From the NCBI GenBank assembly GCA_963666735.1, contig OY762926.1, positions 2,495,319 to 2,559,318 of the forward strand: a DNA stretch of 64,000 nucleotides. Reading direction: 5' to 3'. Within the stretch, counting starts at the first letter, position 1; every line of letters begins with the position of its first letter. Positions 39,481-48,217 of the stretch are shown here, in pieces. This DNA comes from Gemmatimonadota bacterium. GTDB taxonomy: Bacteria > Gemmatimonadota > Gemmatimonadetes > Palauibacterales > Palauibacteraceae. The notes under the pieces were generated by a model. That model was not told where the DNA came from. It ran no database searches and was given only the letters and a program-made list of their open reading frames with translations. The position numbers and the translations under genes are program-made.

Positions 39481-39567
39481 CAATCGAGAACGTATTCGTA
39501 TCGGCCCAAGACAGCCAATCCAATCGTTACCGTGTCAGATGCACTCGGCGTCCAGCAAGATCTATCC

Positions 39568-40752
39568 TCAACCTGGGGCAATTTCGATCCGGTATTTTAT
39601 TATGCGTGGCAAGTCGAACATGGAGGCCTCAAGAAGCCATACGTAGTCGGGCGTCGCCAGTAAGGGACGCTGGTAATCGGCGAGGGTGACTCTAGCCAAG
39701 GCACCCTCACTCTGCGTCGCAAGGACCCAGTTCGCCTCTCGAGACGCCGACCGTTCACGCCCGATCCAGATTGCGCCCGCTGATCCTTGGATCAAATCGT
39801 TGAGCGGTGGATAGTATCGTGGAACATAGATTGCCTCTCGCAATTGACGTGCTATTTCCTGCGTTGGCCTAGCCGCCTGTCCACGACTTCCGGGTCGCGT
39901 TGAATTCTGGCGACCCAACTCATCCACCACACTGTCCACGGCCGCAGCCGTCAAACGCATCGGCCGGTAACGCAGCGCCACGCTGGTGTCGCGTCGGCCA
40001 TCAAAGTGATACCGCTCCACCACAATAAGTGCTTCGTCGTCCGCTTCGACAACTGCCCGCGCCGCCAGCGCGTAACGTTCCGTTCCTCCGAACGCCACTG
40101 GGGCTCGTTCGCTGAACGGTTGCTGCAATCTCGCGACGCCGCCAGTGCGCCCAGAGGGGCGCAACAGCATGTGTTCGTGCCACACTTCGCTCGCGACTAG
40201 TGAATCCAGCAGTCCTTCGTTCGCATGCCATCGCCACCATAGCACCCGACCCCGCCCACTCGGATCGCCTGACACGCCATTCAGAGGCAGCGGAGATCCG
40301 ACGATGGAACCATCCGGTGCCAATCTCAGACGTTGACCAGTGGCCCGCCCCGGAACGTCCGGAGTGACCGTTTCCAAGAGAGCACCATCTGGTAAGAACC
40401 GCGTCACGCGACCAAGTAAGGGGTCCGAAGTCCAGACTGTGTCGCCGTGGGCACCTAGGCCGTCAAGCCACCGAAATTCCCCCGGCCCATCACCCGCCCG
40501 TCCAATCTCCCTTCCGTACGACCCATCCCTGTCGAATACGAGCACTTCCGTTTGTCCCCCCAACAGTACTGTTCCATCCGACAGTTCCCAGAGATACGAC
40601 GGTCGCCTGCTGAGCGGAGCGTTCAAGACGTCTATCGCCGCGACTTCGACGAGCCTGGCCGAGGGCAATTCCTCTTCGTGCGGTATGGCCTGACCGAGAA
40701 CCGGAGCAGCCCATACGCTCAGCGGAGCCAAGCGTGCCAGCCGGATGCACAT
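39568..40752 (-). CDS. Secreted beta-propeller (NHL-like) protein, paralog of 3707..4978, in lower-GC patch
   Basis: Signal peptide MCIRLARLAPLSVWAAPVLG; family resemblance; upstream part of the 39568..41526 track ORF is out-of-frame overlap with ptrB. Confidence 0.5.
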   Translation of the reverse strand: MCIRLARLAPLSVWAAPVLGQAIPHEEELPSARLVEVAAIDVLNAPLSRRPSYLWELSDGTVLLGGQTEVLVFDRDGSYGREIGRAGDGPGEFRWLDGLGAHGDTVWTSDPLLGRVTRFLPDGALLETVTPDVPGRATGQRLRLAPDGSIVGSPLPLNGVSGDPSGRGRVLWWRWHANEGLLDSLVASEVWHEHMLLRPSGRTGGVARLQQPFSERAPVAFGGTERYALAARAVVEADDEALIVVERYHFDGRRDTSVALRYRPMRLTAAAVDSVVDELGRQNSTRPGSRGQAARPTQEIARQLREAIYVPRYYPPLNDLIQGSAGAIWIGRERSASREANWVLATQSEGALARVTLADYQRPLLATPDYVWLLEASMFDLPRIIKYRIEIAPG

Positions 40753-40949
40753 CCGCAGCCTACAAGCGGTAGGCCGAATCACAGCGAAATCTGCGCAGTC
40801 AACGCTCGGACCCGCCTCGCCGCCTCGACGTCGTAACGCCGCGTCGCTTCGTCCAACAGCTCGATCACGGGTAAGTGACTCCAACGTCTCTGGTTGATCG
40901 CGCTCACTCCGGGTTGGCAGAGTAAGATGGAGCGGTCGACCTATCAAGT

Positions 40950-43130
40950 TTAGCGCGGCGCAGTCTCCTCCAGCAGGTCGAGGATGAAGGCGAACTCGAA
41001 AGCGAGTTCCTCGTACTCCCGGTCCCGGCCGGAGCCCCCGCCGTGGCCGGCATCCATGTGCGTCTTGAGGAGCAGGCGGTTCTCGTCCGTCTTCGTCGCG
41101 CGCAGCTTCGCGACCCACTTCGCCGGCTCCCAGTACTGGACCTGCGAGTCGTGGAGACCCGTCGTGACCAGCAGGTTGGGGTAGTCCTTCGCCTCCACCT
41201 GGTCGTAGGGGGAGTAGGAGAGCATGTAGCGGTAGGACTCGAGTTCGCTCGGGTTGCCCCATTCGTCCCATTCGAACGTCGTGAGCGGAATCGACTCGTC
41301 CAGCATCGTCGTCACGACATCGACGAACGGGACGTGCGCGACCACCCCCCGGAACAGTTCCGGCCGCATGTTCACGACCGCGCCCATGAGCAATCCCCCG
41401 GCGCTTCCGCCGCGCGCGAAGAGCTTCTCCGGGCTGGTGTAGCCCTGCGCGACGAGGAAGTCCGCCACGTCCACGTAGTCGGTGAAGGTGTTCTTCTTGT
41501 TGAACATCTTCCCGTCCTCGTACCACGCCCGGCCCAGTTCCTGTCCGCCGCGGATATGGGCGATCGCGTACACGAACCCGCGGTCGAGGAGGCTGAGGCG
41601 GGTGGAGGAGAAGGTGGGCTCCATGCTCGCCCCGTATGAGCCGTAGGCGTAGAGGAGGAGCGGGTTGTCGCCGTCCTTCTCGAGACCGCGCCGGTAGACG
41701 ACGGACACGGGGACTTCCACGGCGCCGTCGCGGGCGGGGGCGTGCAGCCGTTCCACCACGTAATCCCCCCGGTCGTAGCCGCCCAGGACCTCGTCCTCCT
41801 TGAGCAGCGTACGCTCGCGCGTGGACATGTCGTAGTCGTAGACCGAGCGCGGCGCGGAGAGCGAAGTGTACCCGTAGCGCAGGATGTTCGTGTCCAGTTC
41901 GGGGTTGGCGGACAGCGAGGCCAGGTAGGCCGGCTCGTCAAAGGCGATCTCGTGCTCTTCCCCTTCCCACTCGCGGACGCGCAGGCGGGTGAGCCCTCCC
42001 TCGCGCTCCGAGAGCACGAGGTAATCCCGGAACAACTCGAACCCCTGCAGGAACACGTCGCTCCGGTGCGGGACGACGGTCTCCCACTGGTCCGTCGCCG
42101 TCCTCTCGACGGGGGTCCGCATGAGCTTGAAGTTCTCGGCCCCGCCGAGGTTGGTGCGGATGTAGAAGTGGTCCCCGAGGTGATCGAAGCGGTGCTCGTG
42201 CCCGCGCTCGCGCGGGAGGAAGAGGGTGAACTCGCCCTCGGGATCGCTAGCATCGAGGAACCGGTGTTCGTCCGCCAGCGTGTGGGAGGAGGAGATGACG
42301 ATGTACCGCTTCGACTTCGTCTTGCGGACGCGGGAACTGAACTCCTCGTCGTCCTCCTGATAGACGAGCACGTCGTCCGCCGGATCGGCGCCCACGCGGT
42401 GCCGGTAGATCTGGTACGAGCGCAGGGTGCCGGAGTCCCGCCGCGCATAGAAGAGCGTCCGGTTGTCCTCGGCCCACACCATGTTGCCGGAGGCGCCCTC
42501 GATGGACTCCGGGTAGTCCTCTCCCGTGTCGAGATTCCGGATGCGGATGGTGTAGATGCGGCGCCCGCGCGTGTCCTCGGCCCACGCCATCAGGTCGCCG
42601 GCAGTGCTCACCGCGGGAAAGGCGGAGTAGTAATCGTGTCCTTCGGAGTGCGCGTTGACGTCGAGGATGACCTGCTCGGTCGCGTCGAGCGATCCGCGCT
42701 TCCGGGCGTAGATCGGATAGTCCCGGCCGTCCTCGGTGCGGCGGTAGTAGAAGAAGTCGCCCTCCCTCACGGGCACGGAGAGGTCGCTCTGCTTGATCCG
42801 GCCCTTGATCTCCTCGAACAGCTCCGCCTGGAGACCCCCGGTGTGCGCCATTAGCGCATCGGTGTAGGCGTTCTCCTCCTCCAGATACTCGATGACGGCC
42901 GGGTTGTCGCGCTGGTTCAGCCAGTAGTAATTGTCGATGCGGGTGTGCCCGTGCGTCTCCAACTGTTCCGGGATCACGCGTGCGACGGGGGGCGCGACCC
43001 CGGCGTCGGCCGGGGACTCCGGGGCGGGGTCGGCACCCTCCCCGGTGCAGCCGGCGGCCTGGACGCTCACGGCGAGCAACGCCGCGACGAGGGGGAAACG
43101 GTCACGGCATGCTGCCTTCGCTCGCGGCAT
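40950..43130 (-). CDS. ptrB: Oligopeptidase B (S9A prolyl oligopeptidase family), lipoprotein
   Basis: Full-length; GGSAGGLLMG serine elbow; beta-propeller + catalytic domain. Confidence 0.9.
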   Translation of the reverse strand: MPRAKAACRDRFPLVAALLAVSVQAAGCTGEGADPAPESPADAGVAPPVARVIPEQLETHGHTRIDNYYWLNQRDNPAVIEYLEEENAYTDALMAHTGGLQAELFEEIKGRIKQSDLSVPVREGDFFYYRRTEDGRDYPIYARKRGSLDATEQVILDVNAHSEGHDYYSAFPAVSTAGDLMAWAEDTRGRRIYTIRIRNLDTGEDYPESIEGASGNMVWAEDNRTLFYARRDSGTLRSYQIYRHRVGADPADDVLVYQEDDEEFSSRVRKTKSKRYIVISSSHTLADEHRFLDASDPEGEFTLFLPRERGHEHRFDHLGDHFYIRTNLGGAENFKLMRTPVERTATDQWETVVPHRSDVFLQGFELFRDYLVLSEREGGLTRLRVREWEGEEHEIAFDEPAYLASLSANPELDTNILRYGYTSLSAPRSVYDYDMSTRERTLLKEDEVLGGYDRGDYVVERLHAPARDGAVEVPVSVVYRRGLEKDGDNPLLLYAYGSYGASMEPTFSSTRLSLLDRGFVYAIAHIRGGQELGRAWYEDGKMFNKKNTFTDYVDVADFLVAQGYTSPEKLFARGGSAGGLLMGAVVNMRPELFRGVVAHVPFVDVVTTMLDESIPLTTFEWDEWGNPSELESYRYMLSYSPYDQVEAKDYPNLLVTTGLHDSQVQYWEPAKWVAKLRATKTDENRLLLKTHMDAGHGGGSGRDREYEELAFEFAFILDLLEETAPR

Positions 43131-43158
43131 CGACGACTCCTTCGTGATTCAGTGCTTC

Positions 43159-43623
43159 TCAACAGCCTTGGGTCTCCATGATTCCGGCCGGCGTCTCCGA
43201 CCTCGTTCGGAAGGGGTTGATCACGCGGAGGCCGCCGAAGTCATGTCCGTGCTGCAGGTCCTCGGTCAGGAGGATAGAGCACTCGCACGATTGGGCGGCG
43301 GCGACGATGAGCGCGTCCCACCAGGATATGGAGTGGCGATCCTGCAGCAACCAGGCGCGTTCCAAAACCCGTGTGTCGGTCGCCACCGGCCGCCACGCCG
43401 TGAGATCGCGAACGATTTCACGAACCTCGGGAGGGTTGAACGCGAGACGCCCCTTCCGGGTGAGGGTCACGTAGAGTTCCTGAAGAACCTGAAAGCTCAG
43501 GCGCCCGGTGCGCGAGCGCGCAAGGAAAGCGATCCATTCCGCGGCGCAAGCCTGCTTCGTGAGATCGCTCTCATCATGCCGGTAGACGAAGATGTTCGTG
43601 TCAACGAAGACCTGAGCGATCAT
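43159..43623 (-). CDS. vapC: VapC PIN-domain toxin
   Basis: MIAQVFVDTNIFVY... Confidence 0.75.
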   Translation of the reverse strand: MIAQVFVDTNIFVYRHDESDLTKQACAAEWIAFLARSRTGRLSFQVLQELYVTLTRKGRLAFNPPEVREIVRDLTAWRPVATDTRVLERAWLLQDRHSISWWDALIVAAAQSCECSILLTEDLQHGHDFGGLRVINPFRTRSETPAGIMETQGC

Positions 43624-43849
43624 ATAACTCCTCTCGAGTGGGCCTCCGGCCTTCGGGCCAGTCGATCTTGCGAGGCTTCCGAGCGAGGTAACGCTTCATC
43701 GCGACCTCGTAGTCGTCCTCTCGGCGCCGCGTCCGTTCCAGTAGCTCGCAGATCCATCTCGAGACGCTCCGGTCGTCCTCGGCCGCCTTGACCCGTAGCC
43801 ACCGGGCGACATCTTCGGGCAGTGTGATGGTGATGTTCTTCACGTCCAC
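43601..43849 (-). CDS. RHH/CopG-like antitoxin
   Basis: MDVKNITITLPEDVARWLRVKAAEDDRSVSRWICELL. Confidence 0.6.
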   Translation of the reverse strand: MDVKNITITLPEDVARWLRVKAAEDDRSVSRWICELLERTRRREDDYEVAMKRYLARKPRKIDWPEGRRPTREELYDRSGLR

Positions 43850-43880
43850 TTCTCCTCAAGCGAAACACAGCACGATTATC

Positions 43881-44984
43881 GTGAAACACGAAAACCGTGT
43901 CAAGAAAGCCGGAACGCTGGTCGCGCTGGGGTTGGCGCTCGCGACGGGGTTCGCGTGCTCTCCGCCGCCGGTCGCGGATCGCGGAGCTGAGGCGGTCTAT
44001 CCGGGCGCGTCGTGGGAGCGGATCGCGGATCCGGCGGCCGCGGGGTTCTCGGCCCCGGCGCTGGAGGCGATCCATCCGTACGTGGACGGGATCAACACGT
44101 CGGCCGTGATGGCCGTCGCCGGCGGACGCGTCCTGTTCGAGCACGGACCCGTGGACTCGCTGAGCTACCTCGCCTCGGTCCGGAAGAGCATCCTCGCCAT
44201 GCTGTACGGGAACTACGTGGCGGACGGGACGATCGACCTCGAACTCACCCTCGAGGAGTTGGGCATGGACGATGTCCAGGGTCTCCTCCCGATCGAGAAG
44301 CGCGCTCGGATCCTCGATCTCGTCACCGCGCGCTCCGGCGTCTATCACCCGGCTTCGAACGCGGGGGACAACCTCGCGGATGCGCCGCCCCGGGGCTCAC
44401 AGGAACCCGGCACGTACTACCTGTACAGCAACTGGGACTTCAACGCGGCCGGCACCGTCTTCGAGCAACTCACGGGCCGCAACATCTACGACGCGCTGGA
44501 GACCGATCTCGCCCTGCCGCTGGGCTTCGAGGACTGGGACCGGTCGATCCACGGAAAAACGGGGGACGCGACCCGGTCGCGCAACCTCGCCTATCACATC
44601 ACACTCTCCACGCGGGACATGGCCCGGATCGGCCACCTCATGCTGTTGGGTGGTATATGGGGGGAGGAACGGGTGCTGCCGCAGGGGTGGGCCGAGCGCA
44701 TCGCGAGCGTCGTCACGCCCTCGGAGGAGATGAATCCGGAGGGCCTGCGCGGGGGCGAGTTCGGCTACGGCTACATGTGGTGGGTGTGGGATGGTCCCGC
44801 GGTGCCGGAGGGATTCGAGGGGGCGTACAGCGGCCGGGGCGCCTACGGCCAGTTCATCACCGTCATCCCGTCGCTCGACATGGCCGTCGCCCACAAGACC
44901 GTGCCGGACGCCCAGACGCCGTGGGATGACTACATGGGCATCCTCACTCGCCTCGTCGCCGCGCACTGCGGCACTGATTGCTGA
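43881..44984 (+). CDS. Serine hydrolase, beta-lactamase-related (class C-like) lipoprotein; GTG start 43881
   Basis: SVRKS (S-x-x-K), lipobox LATGFACS. Confidence 0.7.
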   Translation: MKHENRVKKAGTLVALGLALATGFACSPPPVADRGAEAVYPGASWERIADPAAAGFSAPALEAIHPYVDGINTSAVMAVAGGRVLFEHGPVDSLSYLASVRKSILAMLYGNYVADGTIDLELTLEELGMDDVQGLLPIEKRARILDLVTARSGVYHPASNAGDNLADAPPRGSQEPGTYYLYSNWDFNAAGTVFEQLTGRNIYDALETDLALPLGFEDWDRSIHGKTGDATRSRNLAYHITLSTRDMARIGHLMLLGGIWGEERVLPQGWAERIASVVTPSEEMNPEGLRGGEFGYGYMWWVWDGPAVPEGFEGAYSGRGAYGQFITVIPSLDMAVAHKTVPDAQTPWDDYMGILTRLVAAHCGTDC

Positions 44985-44988
44985 GGAC

Positions 44989-46188
44989 TCAGGCGGTCCA
45001 TTCCACCCACACGGTTTGGGGCTTCCGGAACTCGTAGCCATAGGGGGGCGCGGGGCGGTCCGGGTCAAGGCGGAGCCCGGGGCAGCGGGCCCAGAGCGTT
45101 TCGAGCACGACGCGGGTCTCGAGGCGGGCGAGGGGGGCGCCGAGGCAGAAGTGGCGGCCCACCGCGAATGAGAGGTGGTCTCCGGCGTTCGGGCGCGTCA
45201 CGTCGAAGCGGCCGGGGTCCTCGAAGTGACCGGGGTCCCGGTTCGCGGCACCGAGCATGCAGTGGACGACCTCCCCTTCGGCGATGCGCACGTCACGGAT
45301 CTCGGTGTCGCGCGTGGCGTGGCGGGCTGCGGACTGGACGGCGGGTTCCCAGCGCAGCGTCTCCTCTATCGCCAGATCGAGGGCGGCAGGGCTGGCCCGT
45401 GCAGTCTCGATCTGCTCCGGGTGGGACAACAGGGCCCACACGGCATTCGCGATCATCGACTCGGTGGTCTCGATCCCGCCGAAGAGGATGATGAGCGCGT
45501 TGGAGCGGATCTCCTCCGCCGTGAGCGGGTCGACATGGTCGCACACCAGGTCGGAGAGGAGGCTGCCATCCGGATCCCGCTCGAGTTCGTCGAGGATCGG
45601 TTCGAGCGCCCGGCCGAACGCGTCGGCCGCACCTTTCCCGGCTGCGCGCAACTCCGGGTCGCCCGCGAAGTTCGCCAGGGCGCGGGCGAAGTGCTCGTAC
45701 CACTCGTTCACGCGCTCCGTCTCGGCCGGGGGGATGCCGAGCACCGAGAGGACCGAATGGAGCGCGACCGGCCGCGCCACGCCCGTCCGCACCTCGCCCG
45801 TGCGCCCACCCTCCGATCTCAGCGTCGCCACCCGCCGCTCGACCTCCGCGACCAGGGGTGCCAGCGACGCCGTCCTCAGGCGGGAAGCGTGGAACGGCGG
45901 CAGACACGTCCGCTTGTAGCGAATCCGCGCCGGACCCTCCGTCGTCATCATGTGGACGCCGAACATGTCGCGGATCGTGGACGGCGCATCCGTCGTGAAC
46001 AGGTCGGGATCGCGGAGCACGGCGACCATGTCGTTGCGCCGGGTGAGGAACCAGCGCTCGATCTCCGGCACCCAGGTGACGGGCTCCGCCTTCCGCAGTT
46101 CGGCGAAGATCGGGTAGGGATCGACCGCCAGGTCCGCGAGACGGACCCGCGCCCCGAGCGGGAACCGATCGACCCGCGGCTCGCTCAC
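44989..46188 (-). CDS. Cytochrome P450
   Basis: FAVGRHFCLGAPLA heme-ligand loop; EETLRW; GGIETT. Confidence 0.85.
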   Translation of the reverse strand: MSEPRVDRFPLGARVRLADLAVDPYPIFAELRKAEPVTWVPEIERWFLTRRNDMVAVLRDPDLFTTDAPSTIRDMFGVHMMTTEGPARIRYKRTCLPPFHASRLRTASLAPLVAEVERRVATLRSEGGRTGEVRTGVARPVALHSVLSVLGIPPAETERVNEWYEHFARALANFAGDPELRAAGKGAADAFGRALEPILDELERDPDGSLLSDLVCDHVDPLTAEEIRSNALIILFGGIETTESMIANAVWALLSHPEQIETARASPAALDLAIEETLRWEPAVQSAARHATRDTEIRDVRIAEGEVVHCMLGAANRDPGHFEDPGRFDVTRPNAGDHLSFAVGRHFCLGAPLARLETRVVLETLWARCPGLRLDPDRPAPPYGYEFRKPQTVWVEWTA

Positions 46189-46222
46189 GCGCCGGTTCGG
46201 CTCGCAGTCGCCCCGCCGGCCA

Positions 46223-46858
46223 TCAGAGGCCCGACCACATCAGCACGGCGAAGCCGATGAAGAGCGCGTAGACGCCGGCTACCCCGGCCACAATCCAGCG
46301 GCCCCGCCCCCGGTAGGTCCGGAAGAGGAAGACGGAGACGGCCAGCACGAGGACGACCTCGCCGACCGCCGCGTACCCTCCGTAGTGGTCCGGATCCCAG
46401 TACGACACGGGGCTGGTGAACCGCCAGTCGCTGAAGGGGAAGAAGTGGCGGTGCGCGTCCTCGCGGTGCAGGGGGAGGTCGCCCAGCGCGTGGAGGATCA
46501 TGCTCGCGACGAACAGGGCGGGTGCCGTGCGCAATCCGCGTCGCAGGCCGGTCGTTACGCCCGACTCAAGGCCGGGGGCGGCAGAGGCTTCCCGCCGGCC
46601 GAAGAGCACCATCAGGCCGAGCACGAGCGCCAGCAGCGGAATCGAACTCGGGATGTCGAACACGACCTGCCAGCCGGGGTCGAAGTAGCGCTCCGACCAG
46701 ATCCGTCCCTCCGACACGCCGCGCACGAGCCGTTCCCAGAGGTAGAAGACGAGCATCGGGGCGTCCGGGGCGACGGCCCCGAGCGCGACCGGCAGCGCGT
46801 TGCGCTCCGACCGGCCCAGCACGATCAGGCTGAACGCCGCGTGCGCCGGCGTCGTCAC
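46223..46858 (-). CDS. Membrane-bound metal-dependent hydrolase-like protein (YdjM/DUF457-like)
   Basis: MTTPAHAAFSLIV...APDAP N-terminal pattern, multiple TM helices. Confidence 0.4.
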   Translation of the reverse strand: MTTPAHAAFSLIVLGRSERNALPVALGAVAPDAPMLVFYLWERLVRGVSEGRIWSERYFDPGWQVVFDIPSSIPLLALVLGLMVLFGRREASAAPGLESGVTTGLRRGLRTAPALFVASMILHALGDLPLHREDAHRHFFPFSDWRFTSPVSYWDPDHYGGYAAVGEVVLVLAVSVFLFRTYRGRGRWIVAGVAGVYALFIGFAVLMWSGL

Positions 46859-46910
46859 GCGTCCGTCCGCGGCGAGGGCCCGCGCCGCCGGGACAGTGCA
46901 GAGACCTCCG

Positions 46911-47465
46911 TCAGACGCCCGCTCCGCGCTTGAGCCGCTGCAGGTGCTGCCGCCGGAACTTCGCCACCTTGGGCGCCACGACGGCCTGGCAGTACGGCTG
47001 GGTCGGGTTCCGATTCAGGTAGTCGTCGTGGTACGCCTCGGCCGGGTGGAACGTCTCCAGCGGAGCGACCTCCGTCACGATCGGCCCCAGCCAGATCCCG
47101 GCGGCGGTGATCTCCGCGATCTTCCGCCCGGCCGCTTCCTTCTGTGCCTCGCTCTCGTGGAAGATCGCCGAGCGGTACTGCGTCCCGACATCCGCGCCCT
47201 GCCGGTTGAGCGTCGTGGGATCGTGGATCGTGAAGAAGACATCCAGCAGATCGTCGAATGTCACTCTGTCCGGATCGAAGCTGACCCGCACCACCTCCGC
47301 GTGCCCGGTGCGCCCCGTGCACACCTGTTGGTACGTCGGGTTCTCGGCATGCCCCCCCGCGTAACCCGACTTCACGCCGTGCACGCCTTCCAGAAGCTGA
47401 TACACGGCCTCGAGGCACCAGAAGCACCCCCCGGCCAGCGTCGCCGTTTCTCTTCGATTATTCAT
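46911..47465 (-). CDS. msrA: Peptide-methionine (S)-S-oxide reductase
   Basis: GCFWC active site, full-length. Confidence 0.9.
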   Translation of the reverse strand: MNNRRETATLAGGCFWCLEAVYQLLEGVHGVKSGYAGGHAENPTYQQVCTGRTGHAEVVRVSFDPDRVTFDDLLDVFFTIHDPTTLNRQGADVGTQYRSAIFHESEAQKEAAGRKIAEITAAGIWLGPIVTEVAPLETFHPAEAYHDDYLNRNPTQPYCQAVVAPKVAKFRRQHLQRLKRGAGV

Positions 47466-48216
47466 GGTTTTCCTCTTCAGAAGGCAGTTCCGGGCTTGCG
47501 GATCTGTACGCCTGTTTGGGGTGGGTGGGATTGTCCGGATAGCGCCGCACGAGCCGCCCCGCTTCCACCATCGGCGTCAGGTGGCGACCGCTCAGATTAC
47601 GCTGGGAGAAGTTCAGGAATCGCGCGATCTCTCCCGATGTCGTCCACTCCCGGGCCTCGCAGATCGCTTCGATGACCGCACGTAACCGTTCTTTCCGAGG
47701 CCGCGGTCCCAAGCCATCGACCGCGCGCTGTACGTCCGCGGGCAGCTCCCCTCGATCGGCACGCAGCTCCCCTCGATCCGCAGGTAGCTCCCCCCGATCC
47801 ACAGGCAGCTCCCCCCGATCCACGGCGAGGTCACGGACCACCGGCGTAAGCGTGTAGAAGCTATCCGCGCCACGCCCCTGCAACGTGAGGAGTTCCCGGT
47901 CGCGAAGGCCGCGCAGCAGATGGCTGGCGCGCAGTGTGTCGAGTCCGGTGACGGAACGCAGCGCGGCATTATCTACGCGGCCACGCCTGTGGGCGATGAG
48001 AAGCGCACGGAATTCCTGACGACTCAGGTCGGCGTTCCCCAGGCTGGCCACGAACTGGCGAAATGCGGCCACGTATTCGGCCGCCTGCCGCCGCATCTCA
48101 CGACGATCCCGCGAACGCTTCTCGCCGGGCGGACCCTCCAACATGGACTTGCGGTCGAAGTGCTGGCCTTCGACCTGCGTCAGGAACGGCGTGACGTCGA
48201 ACTTCGGGTTCGCCAA
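47458..48216 (-). CDS. DNA-binding protein with AlbA_2-like N-terminal fragment and C-terminal winged-helix, containing in-frame heptapeptide tandem repeats
   Basis: ...FDVTPFLTQVEGQHFDRKS...; (DRGELPA)x4; C-terminal wHTH-like. Confidence 0.4.
   Translation of the reverse strand: MANPKFDVTPFLTQVEGQHFDRKSMLEGPPGEKRSRDRREMRRQAAEYVAAFRQFVASLGNADLSRQEFRALLIAHRRGRVDNAALRSVTGLDTLRASHLLRGLRDRELLTLQGRGADSFYTLTPVVRDLAVDRGELPVDRGELPADRGELRADRGELPADVQRAVDGLGPRPRKERLRAVIEAICEAREWTTSGEIARFLNFSQRNLSGRHLTPMVEAGRLVRRYPDNPTHPKQAYRSASPELPSEEENHE
47741..47824. repeat. 4 tandem copies of a 21-nt unit (cagctcccctcgatccgcagg-like) inside CDS, encoding DRGELP(A/V) heptads
   Basis: Seen directly in sequence. Confidence 0.7.
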
Positions 48217-48217
48217 G

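Noticed and set aside
39130-39663. 177-aa plus-strand ORF
   Set aside because: Reads through duplicated ptrB-antisense and vapB/vapC fragments; a mosaic scar rather than a gene
47741-47824. Possible CRISPR-like short repeats
   Set aside because: Repeats are contiguous with no spacers, 21 nt, in-frame within a CDS; no cas genes nearby
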